Shown: positions 9,001 through 16,811 of the stretch, piece after piece | Position numbering within the stretch: position 1 is the stretch's first letter | How the letters are laid out: each line of letters opens with the position of its first letter | NCBI GenBank assembly: GCA_022841645.1 | Contig: JALHRC010000005.1 | Location: 2,804 to 66,803 of the forward strand | DNA: 64,000 bases | DNA from: Minisyncoccota bacterium | GTDB taxonomy: Bacteria > Patescibacteriota > Minisyncoccia > Phycocordibacterales > UBA918 | Direction of reading: 5' to 3' | Made by a program: the position numbers and the translations under genes | The notes under the pieces: model-generated | Database searches by the model: none | The model's input: the letters and a program-made list of their open reading frames with translations, nothing else | Told to the model about the DNA's origin: nothing

Positions 9001-9183
9001 ATGGCCATGATGGAGGAGCTGCTCGGGCGGGCCTATGGAAACTGGCACTGGCTGGCAATAATGGGCGTGGTGGTCCTGCTCATGCTCCTGGTGCCGAAGT
9101 CTCACTCCACCGGGATGTACACCGCCTCAACAGAGGAAGACAACGAAGCTGGGGAGGATGATCACCATGTTCCTGACCCCTAG
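9001..9183 (+). CDS. Small single-TM protein 4 of 6 (60 aa)
   Basis: An SD-like AAAGGGTG precedes the ATG. The TM segment is WHWLAIMGVVVLLMLLV, followed by an acidic tail. Confidence 0.4.
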   Translation: MAMMEELLGRAYGNWHWLAIMGVVVLLMLLVPKSHSTGMYTASTEEDNEAGEDDHHVPDP

Positions 9184-9382
9184 GGAGCTCGCAGAAGCGA
9201 CGCTGGACGCGTGCTGTTCGGGGTTCCGGTTGTGGCTCACTCTTATCTGGGGATCGTCGGCGGGATACATTATCCCCGTTCATGAACGTCGCGAACCGAC
9301 GATCAGGACCCTATCCGGTGCCAAAGTGATCTCGCTCTGCGAAGTGCGTGCACAGCGCAAGAAAGCAGGAGGGATGCGTTGA
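9167..9382 (+). CDS. Small protein 5 of 6 (71 aa)
   Basis: An SD (GGGGAGG) lies 9 nt upstream of the ATG. The product has a CC pair and an amphipathic or hydrophobic segment (FRLWLTLIWGSSAGYIIPV). Confidence 0.35.
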   Translation: MFLTPRELAEATLDACCSGFRLWLTLIWGSSAGYIIPVHERREPTIRTLSGAKVISLCEVRAQRKKAGGMR

Positions 9383-9524
9383 CTGCGTCCATCCCCTAAC
9401 TGCGCCCGGACCCTTATTGGCCCGGGCGCTCTACGTTAGTACCAGTATTTTCTTGGCAGATAAAAACGAACCGGTGTATAGTGCACGCGGCTACGCGTTG
9501 CAAACATTGGACAAGAGGGGTGTC

Positions 9525-9620
9525 ATGGGGTTGGAATGGCTCATTTTCGCTGGTGTGGTGGTGGTCGCGGTGGGCGGCTTCCTCTTCTGGCTCGTCGGTC
9601 GCTTGTTTTTCAGCGACTAA
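9525..9620 (+). CDS. Small single-TM peptide 6 of 6 (31 aa)
   Basis: An SD (AAGAGGGG) precedes the ATG. The TM segment is WLIFAGVVVVAVGGFLFWLVG. Confidence 0.4.
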   Translation: MGLEWLIFAGVVVVAVGGFLFWLVGRLFFSD

Positions 9621-9660
9621 TCGTCCGCGGGGCGGCTGGTAATGAACGAAACTTCGTTCA
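9617..9660. terminator. Long perfect hairpin (gcggctggtaatgaacgaa-ac-ttcgttcattaccagccgc), probably a bidirectional terminator
   Basis: A 19-bp perfect stem ends the small-protein operon and separates it from yqeY. Confidence 0.5.
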
Positions 9661-9681
9661 TTACCAGCCGCCCTTAAAGTT

Positions 9682-10152
9682 ATGCTAAACTACTCCCATA
9701 TGACCCTCCACGAAACACTCAAAGATACGCTCAAAGAGGCACTGAAGGCTCGCGACGAAGTACGCCTACGCACCGTGCGCAGCGTCCTTACGGCGATCAC
9801 GAACGAACTAGTCGCTACGGGCAAAACCCCTCAAGACATCATCGACGACAACGGCTTTCTTTCCGTGGTAAAGCGCCAGGCCAAGCAGCGCCGTGAGTCG
9901 ATCGCACAATTTGATGCTGCGGGCCGCACTGATCTCTCAGAGCCCGAGAAGGCCGAGCTCGCCATCCTTGAAGCCTACCTCCCTACCCTCATGAGCCAGG
10001 AAGCCATCCGTCCGATTGCTGAAGCCAAAAAGGCCGAACTCGGTGTTACAGACAAGAGCAAGCTTGGGCAGCTCGTGGGCGCCGTTATGAAAGAACTCCA
10101 GGGCAAAGCAGATGGCGGCGACGTGAAGGTGGTGGTGGAAAGTTTATTTTAG
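9682..10152 (+). CDS. yqeY: GatB/YqeY domain protein
   Basis: It carries YqeY signatures (LKEALKARD, LTAITNE, ILEAYLP, GQLVGAVMKEL). The start could instead be at 9700. Confidence 0.8.
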   Translation: MLNYSHMTLHETLKDTLKEALKARDEVRLRTVRSVLTAITNELVATGKTPQDIIDDNGFLSVVKRQAKQRRESIAQFDAAGRTDLSEPEKAELAILEAYLPTLMSQEAIRPIAEAKKAELGVTDKSKLGQLVGAVMKELQGKADGGDVKVVVESLF

Positions 10153-10163
10153 CTCCTTCGTCC

Positions 10164-10406
10164 ATGTCTGAAGCACTACCATCTCATTCCCGTGAAAACT
10201 TAGTTTCATTAGAGCAGGAGACTTTTGAGGCGCTGAGAGAGCAGCTTACTCCCAGTAGTAATCGTGAGGACGTACGCAGGCTTGTCTTTAGTTACCTACT
10301 TGAAAATAAACATATGATGCCAGCTGACAATGTTGAGACAATCACAGATATGATTATGAACCGGGTCGGAAACGACGAACCCTACCGTGGGCCACATTCA
10401 AAATAA
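10164..10406 (+). CDS. Hypothetical protein (80 aa)
   Basis: The ORF lies 12 nt after yqeY and has a weak SD. Confidence 0.3.
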   Translation: MSEALPSHSRENLVSLEQETFEALREQLTPSSNREDVRRLVFSYLLENKHMMPADNVETITDMIMNRVGNDEPYRGPHSK

Positions 10407-10507
10407 TTCTTAGCCAAATGCTTGACTGGTGTAACGTAGGTAGCGTATAACGTTTCCGTGCCACCCGGTGGGGATCGGGGCGAGGCACAAGCACCTGGGA
10501 GGGGTTC

Positions 10508-10840
10508 ATGCTTATCATTGAGTTGCGTCGTGACTGCTTGGCCGTCTGTGGCACCAGCGAGAAGCTGGGGCCAGGCAGGTACATGTCAGTGGAACTGGGC
10601 AAGGTCGGGGCGACGAGCGTGCAGTTCTGGCGCGATGAAGAAACTGCCAGCCGGGAAGTGCGCCTGATGTGCAGCAAACCTGGACGTCTCCTCGCACTAG
10701 TCAAGGAGGTAATCCGGCGCTGTCACGAAAAGTGTCGTATGGCTGCGGGTCAGGCACAGAAGCGCACCGGGACAGCGAAGCGCCCGGGCTCGGGCACAGC
10801 TCGTGGCCACACGGTCAGCGAGCGGTCGGGCATGCACTGA
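10508..10840 (+). CDS. Hypothetical protein (110 aa) in the second GC-rich pocket
   Basis: A promoter-like TTGACT-N18-TATAAC (about 10418-10447) and an SD (GGGAGGGG) precede the ATG. A GC hairpin plus T7 terminator sits at about 10865-10905. Confidence 0.35.
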   Translation: MLIIELRRDCLAVCGTSEKLGPGRYMSVELGKVGATSVQFWRDEETASREVRLMCSKPGRLLALVKEVIRRCHEKCRMAAGQAQKRTGTAKRPGSGTARGHTVSERSGMH

Positions 10841-10966
10841 ATCGGCGTCGCCGACACGAAGGTTCCGGGCGGCACGCATTCGCGCGCCGCCACGGAGCTT
10901 TTTTTATTTATACTTGCTCACCACTACCCTTTTACGCTATAACAGTGGCGGCAACTGGAGGGGGAC

Positions 10967-11251
10967 GTGGAAGAAAAACTGATCAAAGTAAAAATCTGCA
11001 GAACCGAAGTGGTAATTAGTGGCGAACGACCATGTCCATACTTTTATGACACCGCTGTGCGGGAATGCGTACGATTTTTCCTCGACACAGCCGCCAAGTA
11101 CCACTGTCGCATCGACATGCGCGCAAAAGATGACACCTATCGCATCGCGCTGGTGCGTCAAAACGGCTGCGACATAGCTGCAGTAGCAGTGGACGTAATC
11201 TGCTGGCTTAACCACCGACAGATTCCGCACACCGTGAAAAAAATACTCTAG
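10967..11251 (+). CDS. Hypothetical Cys-rich small protein (94 aa, GTG start)
   Basis: An SD (GGAGGGGG) lies 4 nt upstream of the GTG. The product has six Cys residues. A perfect terminator hairpin (ccccgagacgc-cag-gcgtctcgggg) follows at 11252-11277. Confidence 0.4.
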   Translation: MEEKLIKVKICRTEVVISGERPCPYFYDTAVRECVRFFLDTAAKYHCRIDMRAKDDTYRIALVRQNGCDIAAVAVDVICWLNHRQIPHTVKKIL

Positions 11252-11332
11252 CCCCGAGACGCCAGCGCGTCTCGGGGTTGCTACATTTTAAATAGTGTTG
11301 TAAAAATAGAAGCAGACGTTAGGAGAAACGCT

Positions 11333-11767
11333 ATGTCGAACGATCGAGAGGGGCGCATGCCGGCGCTCGCTGTAGGATACGAAATGCGCAAGATTCTCAG
11401 TGACCCCGCAACGCTGGAAATATACTTCACTGCCCTACTTCGGGCTTGCCGGCCGAAGGGAAAGCCGCAGGAAGCCTGCCCTGAGAGTCCAATAGTTGAC
11501 TGGGTGATGGCGGTCACCGAACTCCCCTACGAGATGTGGTTCCTTAAAGACCCACGGTGGGAGAATGCCTGGTGGGTCAAGTGGCGTTGCCCAGGAGACG
11601 AGACTTGGAAGTTCGGGGGAATCATCAGAACCCCTGACGGCGTGATTTGGATCAGTGATGCCAACAAGGAGATCGTCGAGTGGGTAGGACCACCAAATCC
11701 GTTCTTCGGAGATGAGAGGGTCGCGCCATCCACCGTTGATCCGTTTCGTGACGAAGGCAAACTATGA
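11333..11767 (+). CDS. Hypothetical Trp-rich protein (144 aa)
   Basis: An SD (AGGAGA) precedes the ATG. Confidence 0.5.
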   Translation: MSNDREGRMPALAVGYEMRKILSDPATLEIYFTALLRACRPKGKPQEACPESPIVDWVMAVTELPYEMWFLKDPRWENAWWVKWRCPGDETWKFGGIIRTPDGVIWISDANKEIVEWVGPPNPFFGDERVAPSTVDPFRDEGKL

Positions 11768-12020
11768 TGAAAGGACCCCAAGGCGGCGGCGCACATGCGT
11801 CGCCGTCTTCGCTGCTTTACTAGTCGGTCCAGAATACCTCGTGGGCTCTGCTTCGAGGCTGAATGGACAAAGAATACGTAACGGCTCTGCGCGTATCATG
11901 ACATTTAGTCATGATACGCCCTCTGCTAGCAAAAACACCCTGGTGCCGCCCGCGTAATGCCCCGCCCTGTTCTGCTACGAGGTGAGCGTGGCGGATGTTT
12001 TTACTAAAATCCCTTCTTCC

Positions 12021-13298
12021 TTACCACACCAGTGCTCCAGGATCGAGAATCAGAAACGCTCCCAGCGCCAGCATGAGAATGCCTCCAATGAGAAGTGAGT
12101 AGTTGGCGTACTGCCCTCCCACCGCTTGGAGGCGACTATAGCCCCAGATCGCGAGACCAAACACAATCACGTCATCGAACATGTAGCCCAGGGTGTACAT
12201 CAGGATGTAGAACTGGCGGTCGAGGAAGGAGAGCATATTCATCTCGAGAATTTTTGTATAAGCCTGCGGGATACCAATCGAGCACGCAAACTCGATCACG
12301 TTTACTGAAAAGGCTATCGCGATAATTGAAATAATAGAAACAATCGTAATCGGCTGGTTAGCAATCGCTTTAAATTTGGCAATCACCTTCCCCTGGGTCT
12401 CAAGGTCGGTCACGTCACAAATAAGCGCGGCATCGCGATTTTTATACCAACGCCAGAGGAAAAATGAACCGCCGCCGACCGCGAGTGCACCGACGAGCGG
12501 CGTTACGATCGCGTCCAGTGCTACCCAGTCCCAGGTCTTGTACCAGACATTGAGGATAAGGTTGTACATGATACCCTCGGCGAGCATAAAGAGGCCAGCG
12601 AGGAACACCATCTTGCGCCGACTACCGGCCTGCGAAAGGAGCACACAGAAGGTGACCAGCACCCACATCGCACACGGGTTAAAACCGTCGATTACCCCCA
12701 GGAGTACCGAAAGCGAGAACAGTGAAAACGTTTGCAAATCAACAATGCCTACGAATGGCAGATCAAACACAAATGATGCGCTGTCGGCACTACACGAAAT
12801 ATCGGTACACCCCGTGCCCGAAAGGCCCGACTGCACCGGCGCACGCTCAAGGTGATCTTCAATTGTCCGAATGTCCCCACTCTGCGCCGCCACGAACGCT
12901 TCGCGCAGTGCCTTTCCTGTCGTTTCGGGGCCATTAAAACCCACCACTACCCGCTCCCCTACCACAGTAATAGGCGTCACCTTGGTAAGGTCATGCTTTT
13001 TTACCAACTCACCAAAGAGACGCGCGGCTTCGTCATCTTCGATAACATTGAGGTAGACGTACGGCAGTCCCGTGCTTTTAAGCCAGGCAAACTGCTCTTG
13101 GCAGTAGCCACAACTATCGCGGCCAAACATGATAAGGGGTACCGCCTCGCCCTGCGTTATTTCAGCCGCTTCTGCCACTACTGGTACGGCGGCCGGTGCG
13201 CTACCAAAAAGCGCTGGCCCATACCACCACAAGGCGAGCACCATCCCCACCACCATCCAGCCACCCCACCACAGTTCCCGCGCACTAAATGACATCAT
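12021..13298 (-). CDS. Glutaredoxin/thioredoxin-fold domain (CGYC) fused to a CcdA/DsbD-family thiol-disulfide transporter
   Basis: An N-terminal signal anchor is followed by SCGYCQ (glutaredoxin-like) and then a polytopic domain with FNPCAMW and a second Cys-containing TM segment. Confidence 0.8.
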   Translation of the reverse strand: MMSFSARELWWGGWMVVGMVLALWWYGPALFGSAPAAVPVVAEAAEITQGEAVPLIMFGRDSCGYCQEQFAWLKSTGLPYVYLNVIEDDEAARLFGELVKKHDLTKVTPITVVGERVVVGFNGPETTGKALREAFVAAQSGDIRTIEDHLERAPVQSGLSGTGCTDISCSADSASFVFDLPFVGIVDLQTFSLFSLSVLLGVIDGFNPCAMWVLVTFCVLLSQAGSRRKMVFLAGLFMLAEGIMYNLILNVWYKTWDWVALDAIVTPLVGALAVGGGSFFLWRWYKNRDAALICDVTDLETQGKVIAKFKAIANQPITIVSIISIIAIAFSVNVIEFACSIGIPQAYTKILEMNMLSFLDRQFYILMYTLGYMFDDVIVFGLAIWGYSRLQAVGGQYANYSLLIGGILMLALGAFLILDPGALVW

Positions 13299-13315
13299 AC
13301 CGGTACTATAACAAA

Positions 13316-13915
13316 CTACACCTGGCCAAGAAAATCGCCATACCCCTCTGCCTCCATGTCTGCCTTAGGTATAAAGCGCAGTGCTGCCCCATTCATACAG
13401 TACCGTTTGCCTCCTCGTTCTTTTGGACCATCTTTAAAAACATGGCCGAGATGATTGTCAGCAATTACCGACCGCACTTCGGTACGCAGCTGCCAAAAGA
13501 GCGAACGATCATCGTGCTCGGCTACTACCCCTTCAGCAATTGGCTTCACAAAAGACGGCCAGCCAGTGCCGGAATCAAATTTATCTTTGGAAGAAAAGAG
13601 GGGTTCTCCCGAAAGCACATCAACATATATTCCTGGTCCATACTCCTTATCAAGCGGACTGCTTCCAGCGCGTTCAGTACCTTCGGCCTGCGTTACTTTA
13701 TAGGTGAGCGGATCAAGCGTCTGCCGCAAAACTTCGGGCGCAGGTTTACTGTACATATGCCAACTATTCATAGTGGTAGTAGGTGTCGTTGCTAGATTGG
13801 TAGTAGAAGCCGTTGCCACTATTTCGGCGATATTTTCTTGGTAGACGAGATAGGCACCGGCACCCACACCAAAGATCGCGGCTGCTGCAAGTGCCACTTT
13901 AGTACTCGGTGCCAT
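13316..13915 (-). CDS. msrB: Membrane-anchored peptide methionine sulfoxide reductase MsrB
   Basis: It has an N-terminal TM helix and the SelR motifs GTGWPSF, HLGHVFKDGP and RYCMNGAALRF. It lies 17 nt upstream of the Grx-CcdA gene on the same strand. Confidence 0.85.
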   Translation of the reverse strand: MAPSTKVALAAAAIFGVGAGAYLVYQENIAEIVATASTTNLATTPTTTMNSWHMYSKPAPEVLRQTLDPLTYKVTQAEGTERAGSSPLDKEYGPGIYVDVLSGEPLFSSKDKFDSGTGWPSFVKPIAEGVVAEHDDRSLFWQLRTEVRSVIADNHLGHVFKDGPKERGGKRYCMNGAALRFIPKADMEAEGYGDFLGQV

Positions 13916-13940
13916 ATACTAGCGTTAAACCTAACGAAAA

Positions 13941-14591
13941 ATGTCATCACTCACTACTACGCGCCAGGCGCTCGAACATTTCAAAGCCGTTGATAAGCGG
14001 ATGGCTGGCATCCTCGAGGCCAGTCTTCAAAGTAGAGCACCCATCACCCTCCCTGTCCCCAAGCCACCGGCTGAATATTTTGAGAGTGTCGTACGGTCGA
14101 TCGTGAGCCAGCAGATCAGTGTGAAGGCAGCCGAGGCGGTGTTCAGGCGAGTACGCGCGCGTGTGGTCGGCGATCAGGGCGGTGCCCTCTCGCCCGCCGC
14201 CGTTCTTACCGTCCCCGAAGACGAGCTGCGCGCCTGTGGCCTCTCAGGACAAAAAACCCGCTACATACGGCGCAATGCCGAAATCTGGCCTGCGCTCGAG
14301 ACTAGCCACTTCTCCGCCCTGTCAGACGAAGAAGTTATCACTGAACTCACCAAGCTCTACGGGGTGGGCCGCTGGACGGCTGAAATGTTTCTGATGTTTA
14401 CCCTCGCGCGCCCTGACGTATTTTCGTTTGGTGACCTTGGTCTCATGCAAAGTATTTATCAGCACTATAAAGAGCTACGCCCGCACCACACGAGAAAAGT
14501 GGCGGCGCTCGTCGCGGCCTGGTCACCCTACCGTACGCTCGCGGCTCTCGCTCTGTGGTGGCACAAAGACGGCGGGCCGGTGGTGCTCTAG
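13941..14591 (+). CDS. DNA-3-methyladenine glycosylase II (AlkA-like, HhH-GPD family)
   Basis: It carries the HhH-GPD motif (LYGVGRWTAEMFLMF..RPDVF..GDLGL). Confidence 0.75.
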   Translation: MSSLTTTRQALEHFKAVDKRMAGILEASLQSRAPITLPVPKPPAEYFESVVRSIVSQQISVKAAEAVFRRVRARVVGDQGGALSPAAVLTVPEDELRACGLSGQKTRYIRRNAEIWPALETSHFSALSDEEVITELTKLYGVGRWTAEMFLMFTLARPDVFSFGDLGLMQSIYQHYKELRPHHTRKVAALVAAWSPYRTLAALALWWHKDGGPVVL

Positions 14592-15068
14592 TGTTATGCA
14601 CGACGCGCACGCACTATGGGCAGAGCATAGCGCAGCGAGTGCCCCACGACTGGTCCCCAAGGCACGTTCGTGGCGGCGGAGCGCCTCTGACCGCACCAAG
14701 GCATCGGGCATAATGGCCAGCACCTCCTCCCAAAAGGCCGCACTGTGATTGAGATGACGCAGGTGGCAGAGTTCGTGCACGATGATGTAATCACTAAGAC
14801 ACGGGGGCAAAAATAGTAGCTTGTAGTTGAAGTTTAAATTTCCCTTGGCCGAACAGCTGCCCCAGCTGCGCCGCGTGTTGCGAATGGCAATGCGGCGCAC
14901 GGCAAAGCCGTGCGCCGCCGCCAGCACGTGCGTCCGGGTGGTAATAAATGCGCGCGCTGTTTCTTTGTGCGCCAAATATGCCTGTGTACTGGGCGAAGGC
15001 GCGCCCCGCGCTCGCCCCTTACGCGAGCGAGTACGGCGACGCCAGAACTGTTTCCACAATCCCTCCAT
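14523..15068 (-). CDS. YgjP/DUF45-type (M48/WLM-like) zinc metallohydrolase
   Basis: It has the HExxH motif IIVHELCHLRHLNHS within a YgjP-like context. It overlaps the convergent alkA-like gene by 69 nt. Confidence 0.6.
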   Translation of the reverse strand: MEGLWKQFWRRRTRSRKGRARGAPSPSTQAYLAHKETARAFITTRTHVLAAAHGFAVRRIAIRNTRRSWGSCSAKGNLNFNYKLLFLPPCLSDYIIVHELCHLRHLNHSAAFWEEVLAIMPDALVRSEALRRHERALGTSRGALAALCSAHSACASCITLEHHRPAVFVPPQSESRERTVG

Positions 15069-15070
15069 AG

Positions 15071-16761
15071 TTACTGAGCGCGCCGCGCCAGTGCCCGCAA
15101 CACCCGCAAGACGTTGTAATCGTATTTTTCCTCGAGTTCAAGAAAAAGGGGCTTGAGCGCCGCCTCACCGTGCACGGCAGCGGCCCGGGCGTAATCAGCG
15201 AGCGCCGCATCGAGATCAAAGGTGTGGCCAAGTACGACGCGCACCTGCTCCTTATTTAGCTCCCTTTCATCAATGAGCGTTTCGAGGTGAGTAAAAATAG
15301 TCGAGGCAGTGAGTCCCCGCGCGGCAGCGATGTCGGGGACGATGCGCCCTTCGACCGCAAGGAGTCGCGTCAATTCTTCAGTGCGTTCCTTTTTAAGCCG
15401 CGCTGCACTGCCCCGCGCCTTGAGCACCTCTCCCACTGCTGGCAAGCGGCCGCCGTTTCGCAGTACAAACGCCCGCTGTAGCTCGACCAGGTCTTCTTCT
15501 GTGCGTTCCGATAGCTCAGCCTCTAGGGTGGCTGCTTCAACACGAAATCGTTCGTCGTGCGCGACTACCCGTGGATCGACCATGAGGGCCTGTGGCCCCA
15601 CCCCCAGTACCTTGAGTCCCGCGAGTGTCCGCACCCGCGAGAGCGCTACATACCCCTGACCATAGACGAACGCGCGTGAAAGGTCGACTTCAGCGGCATC
15701 AAGCGACATCCCCTGACTCTTATGCACCGTAATCGCCCAGGCGAGACGCAAGGGGACCTGCATGATGGACGCGAGCACCTTACCCTCATCGACCACTTCC
15801 CACGACACGGGGCGGATAGTAATTTTCCGCTCGTCGGCAGTGAGAATCACCGGAAAGCCGTCATCTGGATCAAAGCCCACGACGCGGCCAAGCGTGCCAT
15901 TAACATAGCCGGTTTCAAAATTATTTTTCGTACACATCACCATCGCCTCTTCCTTGAGGACCAAGGCCTGCGGCGAAAGGCAGTTGCGCATCAGACTCTC
16001 CACCATAGGCTTACTGCCCTTTCCGGCCATAGTGAAGGTGCGACCATAGCCCTGGAGTACCTTTAATTCACGATCATTCACCGCGTCAACATCAGCGTTG
16101 TGGGTGTAGAGCCTCGTAGGGACAATGCCTTCGTGAGCGATAGCAGTTTGCTCGGAGAGGAGGGTGTAGTGGTCGTCCTCGACGGCGGCGCGGCGAATCG
16201 CCGAAAGGAGCCCCGCGAGCATTTCATCTTCATGACGCCACTGCTCACTTAAGTAACAGATAAGCGGCCGCGCCGCCTCCCACGCTCGACTGGCAAACGC
16301 ATAACGCATGGCCGCGCCATTACGGGCAATCGGTGGGAGCTGGAAAAAGTCTCCCACGAACACCACCTGCACACCGCCAAAAGGCTCGCTTTTCCCGCGC
16401 GCAGTTTTGAGAATCAGGTCGACCATATCGAGAATCGTGCCATCAAGCATCGAGATTTCATCAATTACGAGTACGTGCGTGCGCAAAAAGCGTTTTACCA
16501 GTTTCTCCTTCTGGGTAATTTGATCGAGGTCGTAACGCGAGAGCGTATCGCGTACCCCCAGACCACTCCAGGAATGAATCGTCATGCCACCGATGTGCGT
16601 CGCCGCAATACCGGTAGAGGCTGTCACCGCCACCGAAAGTCCCGCCGCCTCGAGCCAGGCAATGTACTGGTTGAGCACATACGTTTTACCTGCTCCCGGC
16701 TCGCCAGTTAAAAATACATTAGCGCCAGTTTTTAGTGCCGCGAGCGCGAGTGATTGAATCA
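15071..16761 (-). CDS. PIF1/RecD-like ATP-dependent DNA helicase with a C-terminal winged-helix extension
   Basis: It carries Walker A (GEPGAGKT), Walker B (VLVIDEISML), helicase motifs (VFVGDFFQLPP, TVHKSQG) and a C-terminal HTH-like tail. The first 204 codons of the raw ORF (to 17374) are antisense to the divergent oxidase gene and were rejected. Confidence 0.8.
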
Positions 16762-16811
16762 TTGGGAATAAGCGTACCACGTGTCGGCGCCGTGGGGTAC
16801 AATGATGCGTA

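Noticed and set aside
12376-13292. Plus-strand ORFs (159 aa and 146 aa)
   Set aside because: They are antisense within the Grx-CcdA gene and show no coding signal.
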